From Azolla caroliniana (taxonomy: Eukaryota > Plantae > Polypodiophyta): a stretch of 64,000 nucleotides of DNA. A model generated the notes under the pieces. The model was not told the DNA's origin and ran no database searches. It worked only from the letters and a program-made list of their open reading frames with translations. This document shows positions 12,632 through 24,939 of the stretch, piece by piece (position 1 is the stretch's first letter; each line of letters starts with the position of its first letter). Made by a program: the position numbers and the translations under genes. The stretch is from positions 14,198,001 to 14,262,000 of the forward strand of contig JBHGNT010000011.1 in assembly GCA_043228905.1 (NCBI GenBank), written 5' to 3'.

Positions 12632-12994
12632 TGTTATCCGTAGGGGTAAGCTGAAGGTCAAAAGAAGTGTGAAAGGGCCCGAAGGTCGAAATAATTATGC
12701 ATTGCCGAAATATGTCGATTTAATGTAAATAGATAATAGTAGATCCGGAATGGTGTGCCTAATGACATTGTAACTTCCATGCTTTCCTATATAAAGGGAG
12801 CATGCTCATTGTAAAGGATAGGCTTAATAGAAAGATATTTATTGAATATACAATGTCAATGTTGTATCTTGAGTTTTATAGAATAAGTTATGCGTTGTTA
12901 CTAGTCGATTCGGCCATCCACATTGTCTATGGTTCATTACCATTTTTCAACTACAACCTTTGGTGAAGGGTATCTTGGGAGAAGATATCTGACA
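12632..12994 (+). mobile_element. Possible solo LTR
   Basis: TGTTA...TGACA termini and internal CCTATATAAAGGGAG...CATTGTAAAG, typical of plant LTRs. No matching TSD seen. Confidence 0.35.
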
Positions 12995-15224
12995 GTGTGT
13001 TACAATGGAGTAACACATTGAAACATGAACCTAAACATGTTGTGTTAAAGCATTTTGTCCTAAGATTGCAATGTCACCTCAAACTTATAGCTTCGATTGG
13101 ACTACTCGTCATGTTATTGGTCTTTTTTGCCACTTACTTATTGTATATATCCAAGTAGTTTTCATGTTAAAAAAGTTTCAAGTGACCCAACTTGAGTTGT
13201 GTTGATTAGATATCGATTAGGATGCAAATAAATTAGTAGACACTCCTGGTTAACAAATCATCAACTTAACCTTTACCTCCTTGGGAGAGCTTTGTTGTCC
13301 TAAAGCTTCTCGTCATAAAGTTAGTGGACTTTGTTCTTCATCATTTTGTTGTGTAATTCTACACTCGCTTCTTGTAAATCCCCAAGCAACTTCTAGTGTT
13401 CTTGATCTAATGCCACAATCTTGGTTTATGAGGCAATCTAGGTGAGGTAAAACACACTTGTATTTTTGTTACAACCTCCATTTTGATGATAACAATTGAT
13501 AAGATTCTATTTCGAACCATCAAGAGCCACAAACAAACACCATATTTAATTGGAAAAGAAAATAATAAAATGAATTTCCTTATAGGCTGAGATCAATTAC
13601 AAGATTAAGCCAAAGACAAATATTGTGATATTTAGAAACTATAATAATAATTTCACATTGGATCAAATTATTTAGTGTCATCTCAAAAGTGCCACACTTG
13701 AAAAACTTGTCCCTTTCAACATAATCTTGGAAGTATATGGCAACATAAAATATCATATACTTTTTAGCCAAACAAAAAGTCTTTGTTTTATAAAAAATTG
13801 CAGACCTCTGTATAAATGTTTTGTTATACAATCAAAAATATTAGTAGAACATGCACAACTTTGAAAGTACATCTTTCACACAGTAAAATTACACATACCC
13901 TATAATACAAGCGAGATTTTGGTTATATATTGCTAGTCTTAACTAGTAAAATTACAATAATAAACATTATGGTACAATGATCAAACCAGAGCTTAAGAAT
14001 TATTTGCTCCACAAACCAGAGCTCGTTTTGCAACACCCAAAGACTGTATTATGTTAAACTAGGATATGAAAACATTGACTTCAAAAGAAATTTCAACATT
14101 CCCACTAAAAATCACTTTAAAGAACCCACGGGTTGAAAACGATAACGAGAAACTTCGTCTTGCATTAAAATACCAGGATTTATAATAATGATTTAACTAG
14201 CTCTTAGAGTTCTTAAAGACAACCATACCATAAGTTTGGCCTAGAACTTAGGTGTGGGAAATGTACAAGTAGAATCTCTTGGTGTTCTAACCAATAACTT
14301 ACATAGCAACGGAGAATTTCCAATCTCGAATTTTGACTACAAGAAATTTGGGTCCAAGATCTTTCAGGAAATTTTAATGCTTTTTAGAGATAAAATATCT
14401 CAGCATACAATAATGATAGAAATCAACTTTTACATACTATCGACAAATCTGATCATAACTTCTACTTTGTTCCAAGCCCATCTAGTCATGCATATCTAGA
14501 ATAACACGAGCATTCTTCAGCCCATGTACATACCATCGACAAATCTGATCATAACTTCTACTTCGTTCCAAGCCCATCTAGTCATGCATTTATAGAATAA
14601 CATGAGAAACCTGGACTCCATTTTACCTTGATTAGTTGGATCACGCACTCCAACGCATATATCATCAATAACTTCTTTCTTTCTATGGGTGTTTGACATT
14701 ACTCCAGTTTCTCCATTCGTTATGTCTTAAGGTTGTGAACTTGAGAGGAACCAACTTCAACTATTGCAAAAAGCTCAGCCCTATTCTATAGATGTATTTG
14801 GCCTCCTGTAGATATTATTAATCTATCCATCTATCACCTCATTCCAGTCTTGGGCAGCATGCCTCAGTAAGAATTGTGCATTTGTCCTACAATCAGTCAC
14901 CATTTTCTTGCGAATCTGAAAAACTGAATTATAAGCATGAGGTGCACTCAAATTTGCACACCCACATTTGCCACATTCTTTTCTTTTTAATTGAGGAATG
15001 ATGAAAACGTAAAAGAATTTCATCTGTGACCACTCAAGAGAACCTACAAGAACATCAATATGAATGATGTTCACGAAAGTATTACCAGCGTGGTTGTAAT
15101 TATGACCCAGTATCCTTCTCCATCAAATCAGTTGTTACTGAGACGTATGATCCTGCATTATACATCTCTGAAGAAAGGCTCATCGCTCTTCTAGTTCCAT
15201 CTGAATTCTGGTCTTCATCATGTA

Positions 15225-18200
15225 TCAAATTAACAGCTGTCCTCGAGTCTTTGTTAAACCTCGAACACCCCGCAATGCCATCTTTGAAATTATTGATTTG
15301 GGAAGAGCTGGAGGCTCATCAAATCCTATAGAAGCACTGAACTCATTGGCATGGTTGACAATCTTTTCTTTGCTTAATGGTAGGTTTGTTAAAGAAGTGT
15401 AATAACCAAGCCATGTCCGATATGCATGCCACCTCATTATTTTATCTATATTAGTTAGGGTCAAAATTATCTGCAAAATAGTAAAGAATTTAAACAATTA
15501 TCATATTTGTCTCTTTACCAGGCCTTAACCCCTTTATTCAATTACACTATCTGCAAGAACTTAATACAACGCTACTTACATCTTATTCATTAAATGTTCA
15601 GTTAGAAACTCAACCTGATTCCAAAACTCAAATGTTTTCATTGTGATATGTTATTTACCCTGATATACCATCTAATACCTTTGATACAGCTCCGTAATGA
15701 CTAATACAAGAATCCCAGAACATACACCAGTTTAGAATAAGCTGATTTGAAACTCAACCACATTCCAACACTCGAATGTTTTTCATTATGATATGTCATT
15801 TCAAGCACTACCCTCATATACCATCTAATACCTTTGACAAAGCTATGTAATGACTAATACAGGAATCCCAGAAGATATACCACCTAATACCTTTGACACA
15901 GCTACATAATAACTAATACAAGAATCCCAGAACCTACACCAGTTTAGAATAAGCTGATTTGAAACTCAGCCAGATTCCAACACTCGAATGTTTTTCATTA
16001 TGATATGTCATTTCATGCACTATCCTCATATACCATCTAATACCTTTGACAAAGCTATGTAATGACATATACAAGAATCCCAGAAGATGCACCACAATGA
16101 AATCGTAAAATGAAAAAACCCACACTTGATGAAGCAACATGACCATCAGTAAAGAGACTAATTGAGTTTTTATGAAAACTAAATGGGACAGTAGTTCCAA
16201 CGCAGATAGACAAGAAAATAAGAAAAACGAGTTGTGCATGCACTAAAAATAAAAGAAGGTTGTTATAAATTTCTCAATGCAAACTGATGTTTGCCATATA
16301 AATCTATAATATCGTACTGAAAACAGAAATCTTGAACAAGAACTTGATGGTTCGAGCTCTATGCACTTCACATTTTCTAAAGAGCCAACACGAAAAGAAA
16401 AAGCTAATTTTATTGGTTTTTGACTTACGCCAAGAGAAATCCTCCCAATATATCACTAATAGGAATAAAATACAAAAATTATCCACATAAATCTATGATA
16501 TCACAATAAAAATACAGTTCTTAGATAGGATTTAACATTGAATATTCAACATACATACCTTGGCTTTAGTTAAAGCATCAATAGAAGGAGAAGAAATCAA
16601 ATCTACTGACTGATTTTGGAGTGTTTCCAGGAAAAACTCCTCCCAAGGTGTCAATAATAGCAATGATTCTCCACCATTGCCACATCGACCTGTCCTCCCT
16701 ATTCTACTGTTGTATATTTGGGCACATTCTGGCAAACCGACCTGGAAATGGTGTAGAAAAAAGACCTTAGCTGTTATCAAGTAAAAAATCTGAGCAATAC
16801 ATTTGGCTGTAGCTTAAGTGTATTAAATATCAGACAATATTATACATTGGCATTCATCAGGTCAAAAAGGAAGAGGATCTTTAAATCAAGAAGATCCGTA
16901 TCAAAATGTAAAAACAGCATAGAATGTTAACCTGAACAACTAGTGTAACATTAGGGTAGTTCAATCCACGTGATGAAACATTTGATGTAAACATAACTAA
17001 TGAACCATCTGAATCCCGAAAATCTTTATATGTGTGGAAACGATGCATTTGGCTTTTTTTTGAATGGATCTCCAGGCAATTTAAACCGAGCTCTTTGTAA
17101 AGAGTATACATAAACGCAGTTATCCTAGCAGTTATACAGAAGACAAGAACCTGCATGGATGTAGATAATCTTCTTATTCTGATAAGTAAAAGAGAAATTT
17201 TAAAAAATATCCTTCTGCCTTCAATTTATTCCAGACCTTGTAATTGGAGTTCAGTTCCATATGCTCCTTAATAGAAGAGTACAACAATGTCAGGTGGTCT
17301 TCAATAGGTGCGATTATGCAATGTTGCTTTACCTGCACTAAGTAATATTACAAAGTGATACATCATATCATGAAGGCATAAATAAAACTGTTCCTTTCAC
17401 AAAAGTAAAAGTTTATATTTGGTTACTGAGACAAAAATCTGAGATGTCCTAAAGCCATTGCACGATACAATATCTTATTAAATTGGTGTCTATGTAGAAC
17501 TTTAAATAAACCTGTGTATTTATCTTTGGGTTGTGCTGCTCAACACTGCTAGGATCAACCATATCAATGAACTGGTGAGCGCCATTTAATGCAATTTTAG
17601 TTATGCTCCTGATCTATGCAGAAAATCACACAATGAATTATTTACACCAAAAATATTCCAGTTAGTCCTACAATGATAGCCACACAACTGTTCAAATAAC
17701 TCCAACCAAAATACCTCTTTTGGCATTGTTGCAGAAAAGAGCAGTGTTTGTCGAAGACGAGGTAAATATCGTAATATATCCTCAATGCAGGCTCGATATC
17801 CGATATCCAAAATATGGTCAGCTTCATCAAGGATAAGTAACTTCATATTTTCAAGCCTCTTTTTGAACCCGTCTGTCTTTTCAAGGTGATCTAATAATCG
17901 TCCTGGTGTGGTGACAAGAATCTAGACACCAATAATCAAAATGTTATACCCTTGGTTAATAACCATAAACCAAATATACATTTATAGGAAAAAACACATA
18001 CTTGACACAGGTCCTTCATTACTATTTACATACCTGACATAGACTAGCCTGTAGAGCCTCCCTTTCTTTTGATATTCGGAAACCTCCAGTTAGAACTTTT
18101 AGCTTGATATCTGTGTGAAATTGTAGTAAGGTTCGAGCTTGCATGGAGATCTGAAGAGCAAGCTCTCGAGTTGGACAAATAATAAGAGAAATTATATCAT

Positions 18201-20431
18201 TTACGATTCTTTCGTTGATAGGGGATGCCTCTAAAACTGCCTCTATTGCTGGTAGCTGCCACAAAGAAAAACAAAGAGAAGGCTAGTTCACCATAGCATC
18301 TAGAAATATTAAGCATTCTTCTAAATACAGAAAAAATATGCTTATTAATTATTGCAACCTCACCAAGAAAGCTATCGTCTTTCCTGTACCAAACTTTGAT
18401 TTAACAATAGCATCAGTACCTGCAACCATACAATTGTATCACAAGCATGTTGAAAGGATTTTCCACTTTGCATGAAACATTTAAATATTTAAAGGAAATT
18501 TTCCTAATTGGCAGTGGCTATTTTCATTCACAGGTCATGATATAAAGTTTAAACCTTGTAAAATCGTTGGAAGAGTTGCTTCTTGCACAGATGTCAACCT
18601 CTCATATCCAAATACTTGATGCAACGATTTCAGTGTCAATGGTGATAGATTGAGCTCATCAAATCTGTTAAAAATAATACTAAATACTCATTAGAAAAAA
18701 GATAGAATGTCAGGATAATACACTAAAGTATTCCACCCACACAAAGTGAAATGATATTGTCTCTCAAGATATAGACCCCTGTACTCATTTCAAGGCCATG
18801 AACAGGACTACAACGGTTATTCCTCTTATAGATGAAGAGGGGATGGGACAGAAAAAAATTAAACAATGAGAAAAAGTAAATGGCAAAAAGTACATAGCAT
18901 AGGGAAATGAAGCTGAATTTTGAACAATATAGCCATTGAGCAAAACCACTGGTCAACGCTGTAGTTCCTTCTAGAATCCTGACAGATAGACTTAATTCCC
19001 TTGAATGCTCAACTGCTTCTGCAATCATCTTATGAATAAGAATGGCTGTCTAATGTAAACATAAAATGCTACTCTCATTGCAAATTATTTAGGAGCATAT
19101 CCACTAAAAATGGTAGTGGTAAAACCACTTTCCTGAACCCATCCAAGGTACAGTGGCCTTAAGATTTTTTAGATTTAGATAAATCACCTCGTTTTAGGTC
19201 ATTAAAAATATAATAAATATGTTCACCAACACAAAGAAAAAGGAAGGTAGCCTCTAAGAATAAAATCCTTGATCTATAAAACTTATCACTGCACTAGTCG
19301 TTTTAAAGGTAGTAAAAGATCCACATAAATTCCCTTGAACACTTGGATCCTTACCGACCATTATGAAAGAGCAGACTAGGATGACGTATTATTACTAATT
19401 AGCAGTGAGAATTCCAGGAACACAGACTCTAAACGTACCCCAAAACCTAAACCTATGCCACTTTCCTGCCCTGCCCCACTAAACTATGATGTCTTCAAGA
19501 TGATCAAATTCGGATATATTGCATCTTTGGAGTCCGATTCTTGTTCGAAAATGGCAGCTTCATGTAATCTAAGCTACAAGTAGTTTTCAGATTTTACTGC
19601 ACTTAGATAAATCACTTCTTTTACTACGTCACTATAAACATTTTCCTGGTCAAAATTGCCATTTCCCTCCCCTATCTTCCTCCAGCACCTAAGCTAGGAG
19701 TCGTTAAAATTGATCACATTAGATAAATTGCTTCTAGAGTGCATTTTCTTGGCCCATAATGCCAGTTTCTTCCATCCACAAATGGTTATAGATCGCATTT
19801 AGACTTTTTCTATAACCAGTTTGTTGGCCAATAATGGTACTTTCTTCACTAGGAAGAGTCATCACATTTAATAATATTTAGGTATATCTCTTCCTTAGGG
19901 TCACGACTACATGTATTTTATTGGCCAATAATGGCATTTTCCTCCCCCGTCTTTCTTTTCCTTTTCGTGTTCCAATGGAATGAACACTGAAATATAACCC
20001 TTTCTTTTGGATCGTCATTATATGGATTTTGTTGGGCAAGCATGTTCTCAAAAAAGACAAACCATATCAAGGAAAAGCTAATGTTCTCGTTAATTTTTGT
20101 TCTTTTCTTTTCTTTTCCTTTCCTAATGGCATTGATAAACAGAACCTTACCTTGTGTTGGTCAAAGGCATCCTGTCACCGGAAACCTGAGCTTCACGCGA
20201 ATCGAACATAACTTCTCGCTCCTCCTTCTTGGGACCAAGCAGCAGTTTTCCGATTTCGGAGACTGAGGCTTGGGCTCGAGCGACGGCTTCAGAAGAGAAG
20301 GGAACATTGGGTTGTGGGGAGGAGTGGAAACCTCTGTTCTTTCGGGTGGTTCCACCACCGAAGCTCCAGCTGAGCAGGGCTCTGCATGAATTAGGCAAGA
20401 GCCAACAACCTATCGTCTTCTCGGAGGCCAT
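15225..20431 (-). CDS. DEAD-box RNA helicase, RH25/RH26/RH31/RH48 (MSS116-like) family, about 573 aa, 10 exons, possible organellar presequence
   Basis: Exons 20431-20151, 18664-18555, 18419-18364, 18255-18034, 17921-17715, 17613-17512, 17332-17237, 17150-16932, 16741-16559, 15470-15225; all GT-AG; 1722 nt, in frame. Motifs FGYERLTSVQ, SKFGTGKT, CPTRELALQ, TPGRLLDH, LDEADH, FSAT, VLVFC, IHSKKSQ, SRGLNYP, RIGRTGR, and family-typical C-terminus AYRTWLGYY...ANEFS.SIG...PPA.P...KM.LRGV.GL. An alternative in-frame ATG lies at 20479. Confidence 0.9.
15600..16090. repeat. Imperfect tandem repeat array in the last helicase intron
   Basis: ATACCA(T/C)CTAATACCTTTGA..AGCT..TAATGACTAATACAAGAATCCCAGAA recurs 4 times, and CCAGTTTAGAATAAGCTGATTTGAAACTCA...TTCATTATGATATGTCATTTCA recurs 2-3 times. 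Confidence 0.85.
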
Positions 20432-20671
20432 GGCGCAGCATGAAAGGCAGCTCAGAAAACCAGGACGTCTATGCGGCATACTGCTACTGCTTGCATGGAT
20501 GATGATGCTTACTCTGGAAATGAATATACACATACTTACATTATTTATTACATACATTACTAAATCAATTACAGAAAAAGTAAAGAAAATTTTACCCTGA
20601 GCACACCTCCTGAATTTTCAGTAATTTACAAAAGGGTACCCCCTGCCATTTCAAATGGAAAAATGATTTGA

Positions 20672-20785
20672 TTGAAATCCTTTATCTTGTGTGTGTGTTA
20701 TGTTTCGGGTCACGAATGATGAAACTTGGTCTCTCACGGTCGATTCATGTTTGCCCGTAATTGACAGTTCTTGAAATCCTTTATC

Positions 20786-20824
<39 letters not shown>

Positions 20825-20890
20825 ATATTTCGAGTCACGAATGATGAAACTTGGTCTCTCTCGGTCGATTCATGTTTGCCCATAATTGAC
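20672..20890. repeat. ~100-bp tandem duplication containing a variable (TG)n tract, between helicase and COQ10
   Basis: TTGAAATCCTTTATCTTG(TG)n...GTCACGAATGATGAAACTTGGTCTCTC.CGGTCGATTCATGTTTGCCC.TAATTGACAGTTCTT x2; the TG tract is longer in copy 2. Confidence 0.85.
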
Positions 20891-21938
20891 AGTTCTTCAA
20901 GAAGTGCCTTTTTTGTGCTTGTGTGTTCACACAGAGAACAAAACAGATTAGAAAGCAATTTCCAATTCACTTTATAAGCTCTTTCTCTCGAGGTGGGAAG
21001 CCACCCTAACAATGGATGTACTAATTTCTTTCATCAAGTTGTATGCCAGTCTTATCTATCTCTTGCTCCTTTGTGTGCTCTGAAAACTTGTTCAACACTG
21101 TCAAAACTAGGAAAAGGATCGATCATTCATGTCCATCAATCTAACTCCGCAGGGACATTACAAGCACGTAACGGGTTAAACGAGTCTCATTTATACTACT
21201 TCTCCCACTTGGTCAAGGTCCTTCTTCCCTCCATGTTCATTCATTGGAATGCATACATGCTTCTTCTCTCTTCGTCATGTCTTTACGAACGAAACTCGAG
21301 AGAGACAAAGATGCCATTTTGAGTGGATCTTCTTCTTTTTGAGGTTGGTTTGGCTGGTTGGCCCATCTACCCCCGGGATCCACTCCATTCCAAGAATTAC
21401 ATCAAACCAAACACATGGAAGGAGGCTGAAGGAGGAGGTCTCTGCTTTTCGCCACACCTTGGGAGCATGCAGTTTTTGACAGAAAAAGGGTGGTTGGTCT
21501 CGGTTTCCTTTGACCTTGACCGTGGGTCACACATGTTGTTGTCAGTCATATGAGACCTTGACCATTCCTTCCTTTTTCCCCTGGGGACGATCGGGTGGGT
21601 GTCCATTGGCCATCGTGTTTTGGCCTGACGGACGGACTCTAAGGGGGGGTCCCATGCCATCGATAATGAAATCAGAAGAACATTCGAAAGCATCAGTGAT
21701 CACCACAACCATCTCTGTGTTTTTTTTAGGTCCCTTCTTCTCTTTGGGCTCCCACCCTTTCATTCCATGAACACGGCTCTCCATCTCTTGAAAACATCTG
21801 CACAACCCCAACCCTAACCCTAACCCTAACCCCAGCCTTAATCCCAGCTCTAATCCCCACCCCCAACCCTATCGATTACATACATAGGACGCAGAAAAGG
21901 CGGCGACAACCATTTTTTGTCTTTCCTCGCTGGGATTA

Positions 21939-23679
21939 ATGCAACGCTCGGGGCTTCTCTTGAGGTCTTTCCTCTCGCAGAAGCCTAAGCTTCCATGGCG
22001 ATTTCCTCCCTTTGATCCTTCTTTTACTTCTGAGCAGATCGTCTCTTCTCGACAATCTAAACGCTTGGATCGCTCCAATGCTCGCTCAGATCATATTCTG
22101 TGCAGAAATGAATCGAAAGGAGAGATATTTAGATCGTCTTCTGTGGGATCCATCGTATCTTCTGAGTACTGCTTGAAGTCTCAACGATGCAGTTTTCTGA
22201 GCTTTGGGGATGGTGATGAAGATAGTGGTTTGTCTAAAGAACACGAGGAAACTCGAATTATAGGGTAAGTCTACTATTTCTATTGTTTCTGTAAAGAAAC
22301 ATTGGTGAATTTGGTCAAAATGTTTCCATTATTTCATGGATTTCCATTAGGACAGCCAAGCTCCAATTTCCATCCATTTTACTGTGCTTGTGTCTGATTT
22401 CATAGGGAAAGTGTCAGTGTTTCTTCAAATTATTATTTTTGATGACTGCTTATGAACGTAAATATTCTGGTTCACTCCATTTTGCTGTGATATTGTCTGT
22501 TCCAATTAGCAAATGTCTATATTTTCTCAATATGTTTTTCATCTTTCTTGCCATCCATGTTATTGTGATTGTGAATGATTTCATAAAGACTCACTGGTAT
22601 ATTTTCAATATATTTTCTATCTTTAATGTGTTATTACTGTGAATTAATTTTGTCCAATTCAATCCATTTTACATCGATTGTGTCGGTTTTCACAAAATAA
22701 AAATCTATGAAGAGAGGGAGGGACATAGAGTGAGGAAGGAGGAGAGGAGGGAGAGACCACTGTGATGTAACAGGTATTCCCCGGAGCAACTATTCTCAGT
22801 GGTGGCAGCAGTGGATTTATATCAAGATTTTGTACCTTGGTGTCAGAAATCAACTATTTTGTGGCAGAAAGAAACAGCACTGGATGCGGAACTTGAGATA
22901 GGTTTCAAGTTCCTTGTTGAACGATATGTATCACATGTGGAGTTAAAGCGGCCGACTTTAATCAAGGTACACTGGTGAGGACTGAAAATTTTCTTTTGAG
23001 GTATCATCAAGACTATTTTATTTGAAAATTCCTTTTTCATCTTAATAAGAAAATCCATTCTTTTCAGACATCGGTATCAAAAAGCAATATTTTTGAGTAC
23101 TTGACGAATACTTGGGAATTTAAACCAGGCCCAGTACCTGGTTCATGCAATCTCCATTTTTCAGTCAGCTTCCAATTCCGTTCTCCATTGTATCGACAGG
23201 TAGAGGTGGAAGTTTTATGGTTATTCACAAGTTTGTATTCAATGTAGTTAGAGTCATGTCCAATTATGGTTAGATAGCATTCGACAAGAAATACTAAGAC
23301 TCTTAAAATCCAGTCTCCCATACCATAAAGAGGGTATAGGAGAATTCTGGTTGCCTGATGGTCTTGAAAACTTTTATGGTTTTGAGAATTCAAGTTTTCA
23401 AGAGTTTAGAAGCTTTAGAGCAAATAATTCTCCACAAACTTGTTAACAATACAAAAATAACATTAGACAACATTTTAAAGAATTTTAAAAAATTTTAAGA
23501 TAAAGCTATGTGGGATGTGAAAGAACTGAAGCTAACATTGACATTTCATTGAAAACACTCAGGTGGCAGGCATGTTTTTCGAAGAGGTTGTAGCGCGACT
23601 TGTAGGCTCTTTTGAAGGGCGTTGTAAAACGGTTTATGGTCCTAGTGTGAAGGTTCTTGAAGACGCACAAACTGCTTAA
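21939..23679 (+). CDS. COQ10: Coenzyme Q-binding protein COQ10 homolog, mitochondrial (START/polyketide cyclase fold), 255 aa, 4 exons
   Basis: Exons 21939-22264, 22774-22966, 23068-23199, 23563-23679; 768 nt. FLSFGDGDE...LSKEHEETRIIGYSPEQLFSVVAAVDLYQDFVPWCQKS...DAELEIGFKFLVE.Y.SHV...WEFKPGPVPG.C.LHF.V.F.F.SPLYRQVA.MFF.EV...LVGSF..RC..VYGP. The N-terminus is Arg/Ser-rich like a presequence. Confidence 0.95.
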
Positions 23680-24939
23680 AGGAAGCAAAATGAAGATTTT
23701 GTAGGATATTAATATTCTTTTCCAGTGACATTAATATTCACTGTAGTATCCATTGATTTTTGATCACTTGGATCTAAGTGCATTCTGACACTATAGTAAG
23801 ATCCATGGCTATACAAATGGAGAAATAGCCTCAGTTTATAGAAAATAATGGCAAAGGGAAAGCATCAGTCACAAGAAATATATGGTTCTTTCAGCTTTCG
23901 ATGTTTTGAAGGCTTTGCAATTCATGTGGCATATTGGACTATGTTTCAGCTTTTACAATTGATCTTTGCCATGTGTTTTAAGGTACCTTGGAATTGGCCC
24001 AAGATTTGAAATGTTGCTATTGAAGTGACCTCAGATGTAGTAGAAGCAAGGAGATCAATTGTGCATATATTTTATTTTCTACATAGTAATAAAATTGCAT
24101 CACGGAACTCCATTTCAAAATTATTCTATTGAATAATTGAGGTAACATATTTTCTATAAACGTGGTTGATACTTTACGTTGCTGTATATGGAAGCTGAGA
24201 TTGGCAGCCATTCAAAATTTCTGTTGAATAATTGAGGTAACATATTTTTCTATTAATGGGCTGATACTTGACATTGCCATATGTGGGAACTGAGATTGGG
24301 AGTCGGGACCCAGTTCAAAACGATTTAAAATCAGTCAAGGCATGCTCTCTAAATGAGGTAGTACATCAACTTTCATGTACCATTTGTGGAACCAAAAGAG
24401 GGTAGAGGTTTCAATAAATTTGGCTTAAAGATCAATTGCCCAAACTGGTAGCTAGATAAGGGATGTTGAAACTACCAACATGCCTCATCTACACTACCAA
24501 CAAAGAGCATGAATGCAACTTTCTTGTATACTTTAAGCCTTCTGTCTGGTTGTGAGCCTTTGTTTTGTTAATAGGTTGGTTTTCAGATTATTTGAATATA
24601 AAAGGTAACTCTCAACTGTATTAATGGAAATTGTATTGACATTTCCTTCTATGAAAATCTGTTGTGTTTGTTTTTGGATTTTCTAAAACCAAAAAGAAAT
24701 TTGTAGGTACTAACTGCATTTATGATTGAATAGTTTCTTTTTCAAGGATTTGCTTTTTTTGTTATGACCAAGCAAATTAAATAGATTATGCTTCTTTTCA
24801 TACATCGTATCAACATCAAAGAATGGTCAGGAGAAGGAAGAGGCAATACTATCAAATGCAAGAAATGAAGAATACACATGCACACAAATGCCTACCAAAG
24901 CAACTCAAGGGTAAAAGGGAAGATATAATTGGAAAAACC

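Noticed and set aside
14823-15074. Cys-containing ORF downstream of the helicase as an extra exon
   Set aside because: The helicase already ends with its family-typical C-terminus and a stop at 15225, and I recognise no homology in this ORF.
21810-21830. (CCCTAA)n as an interstitial telomere (also at about 59012-59040)
   Set aside because: Only 3-4 hexamer units. These are better explained as a telo-box-like microsatellite or Asn-Pro codons.
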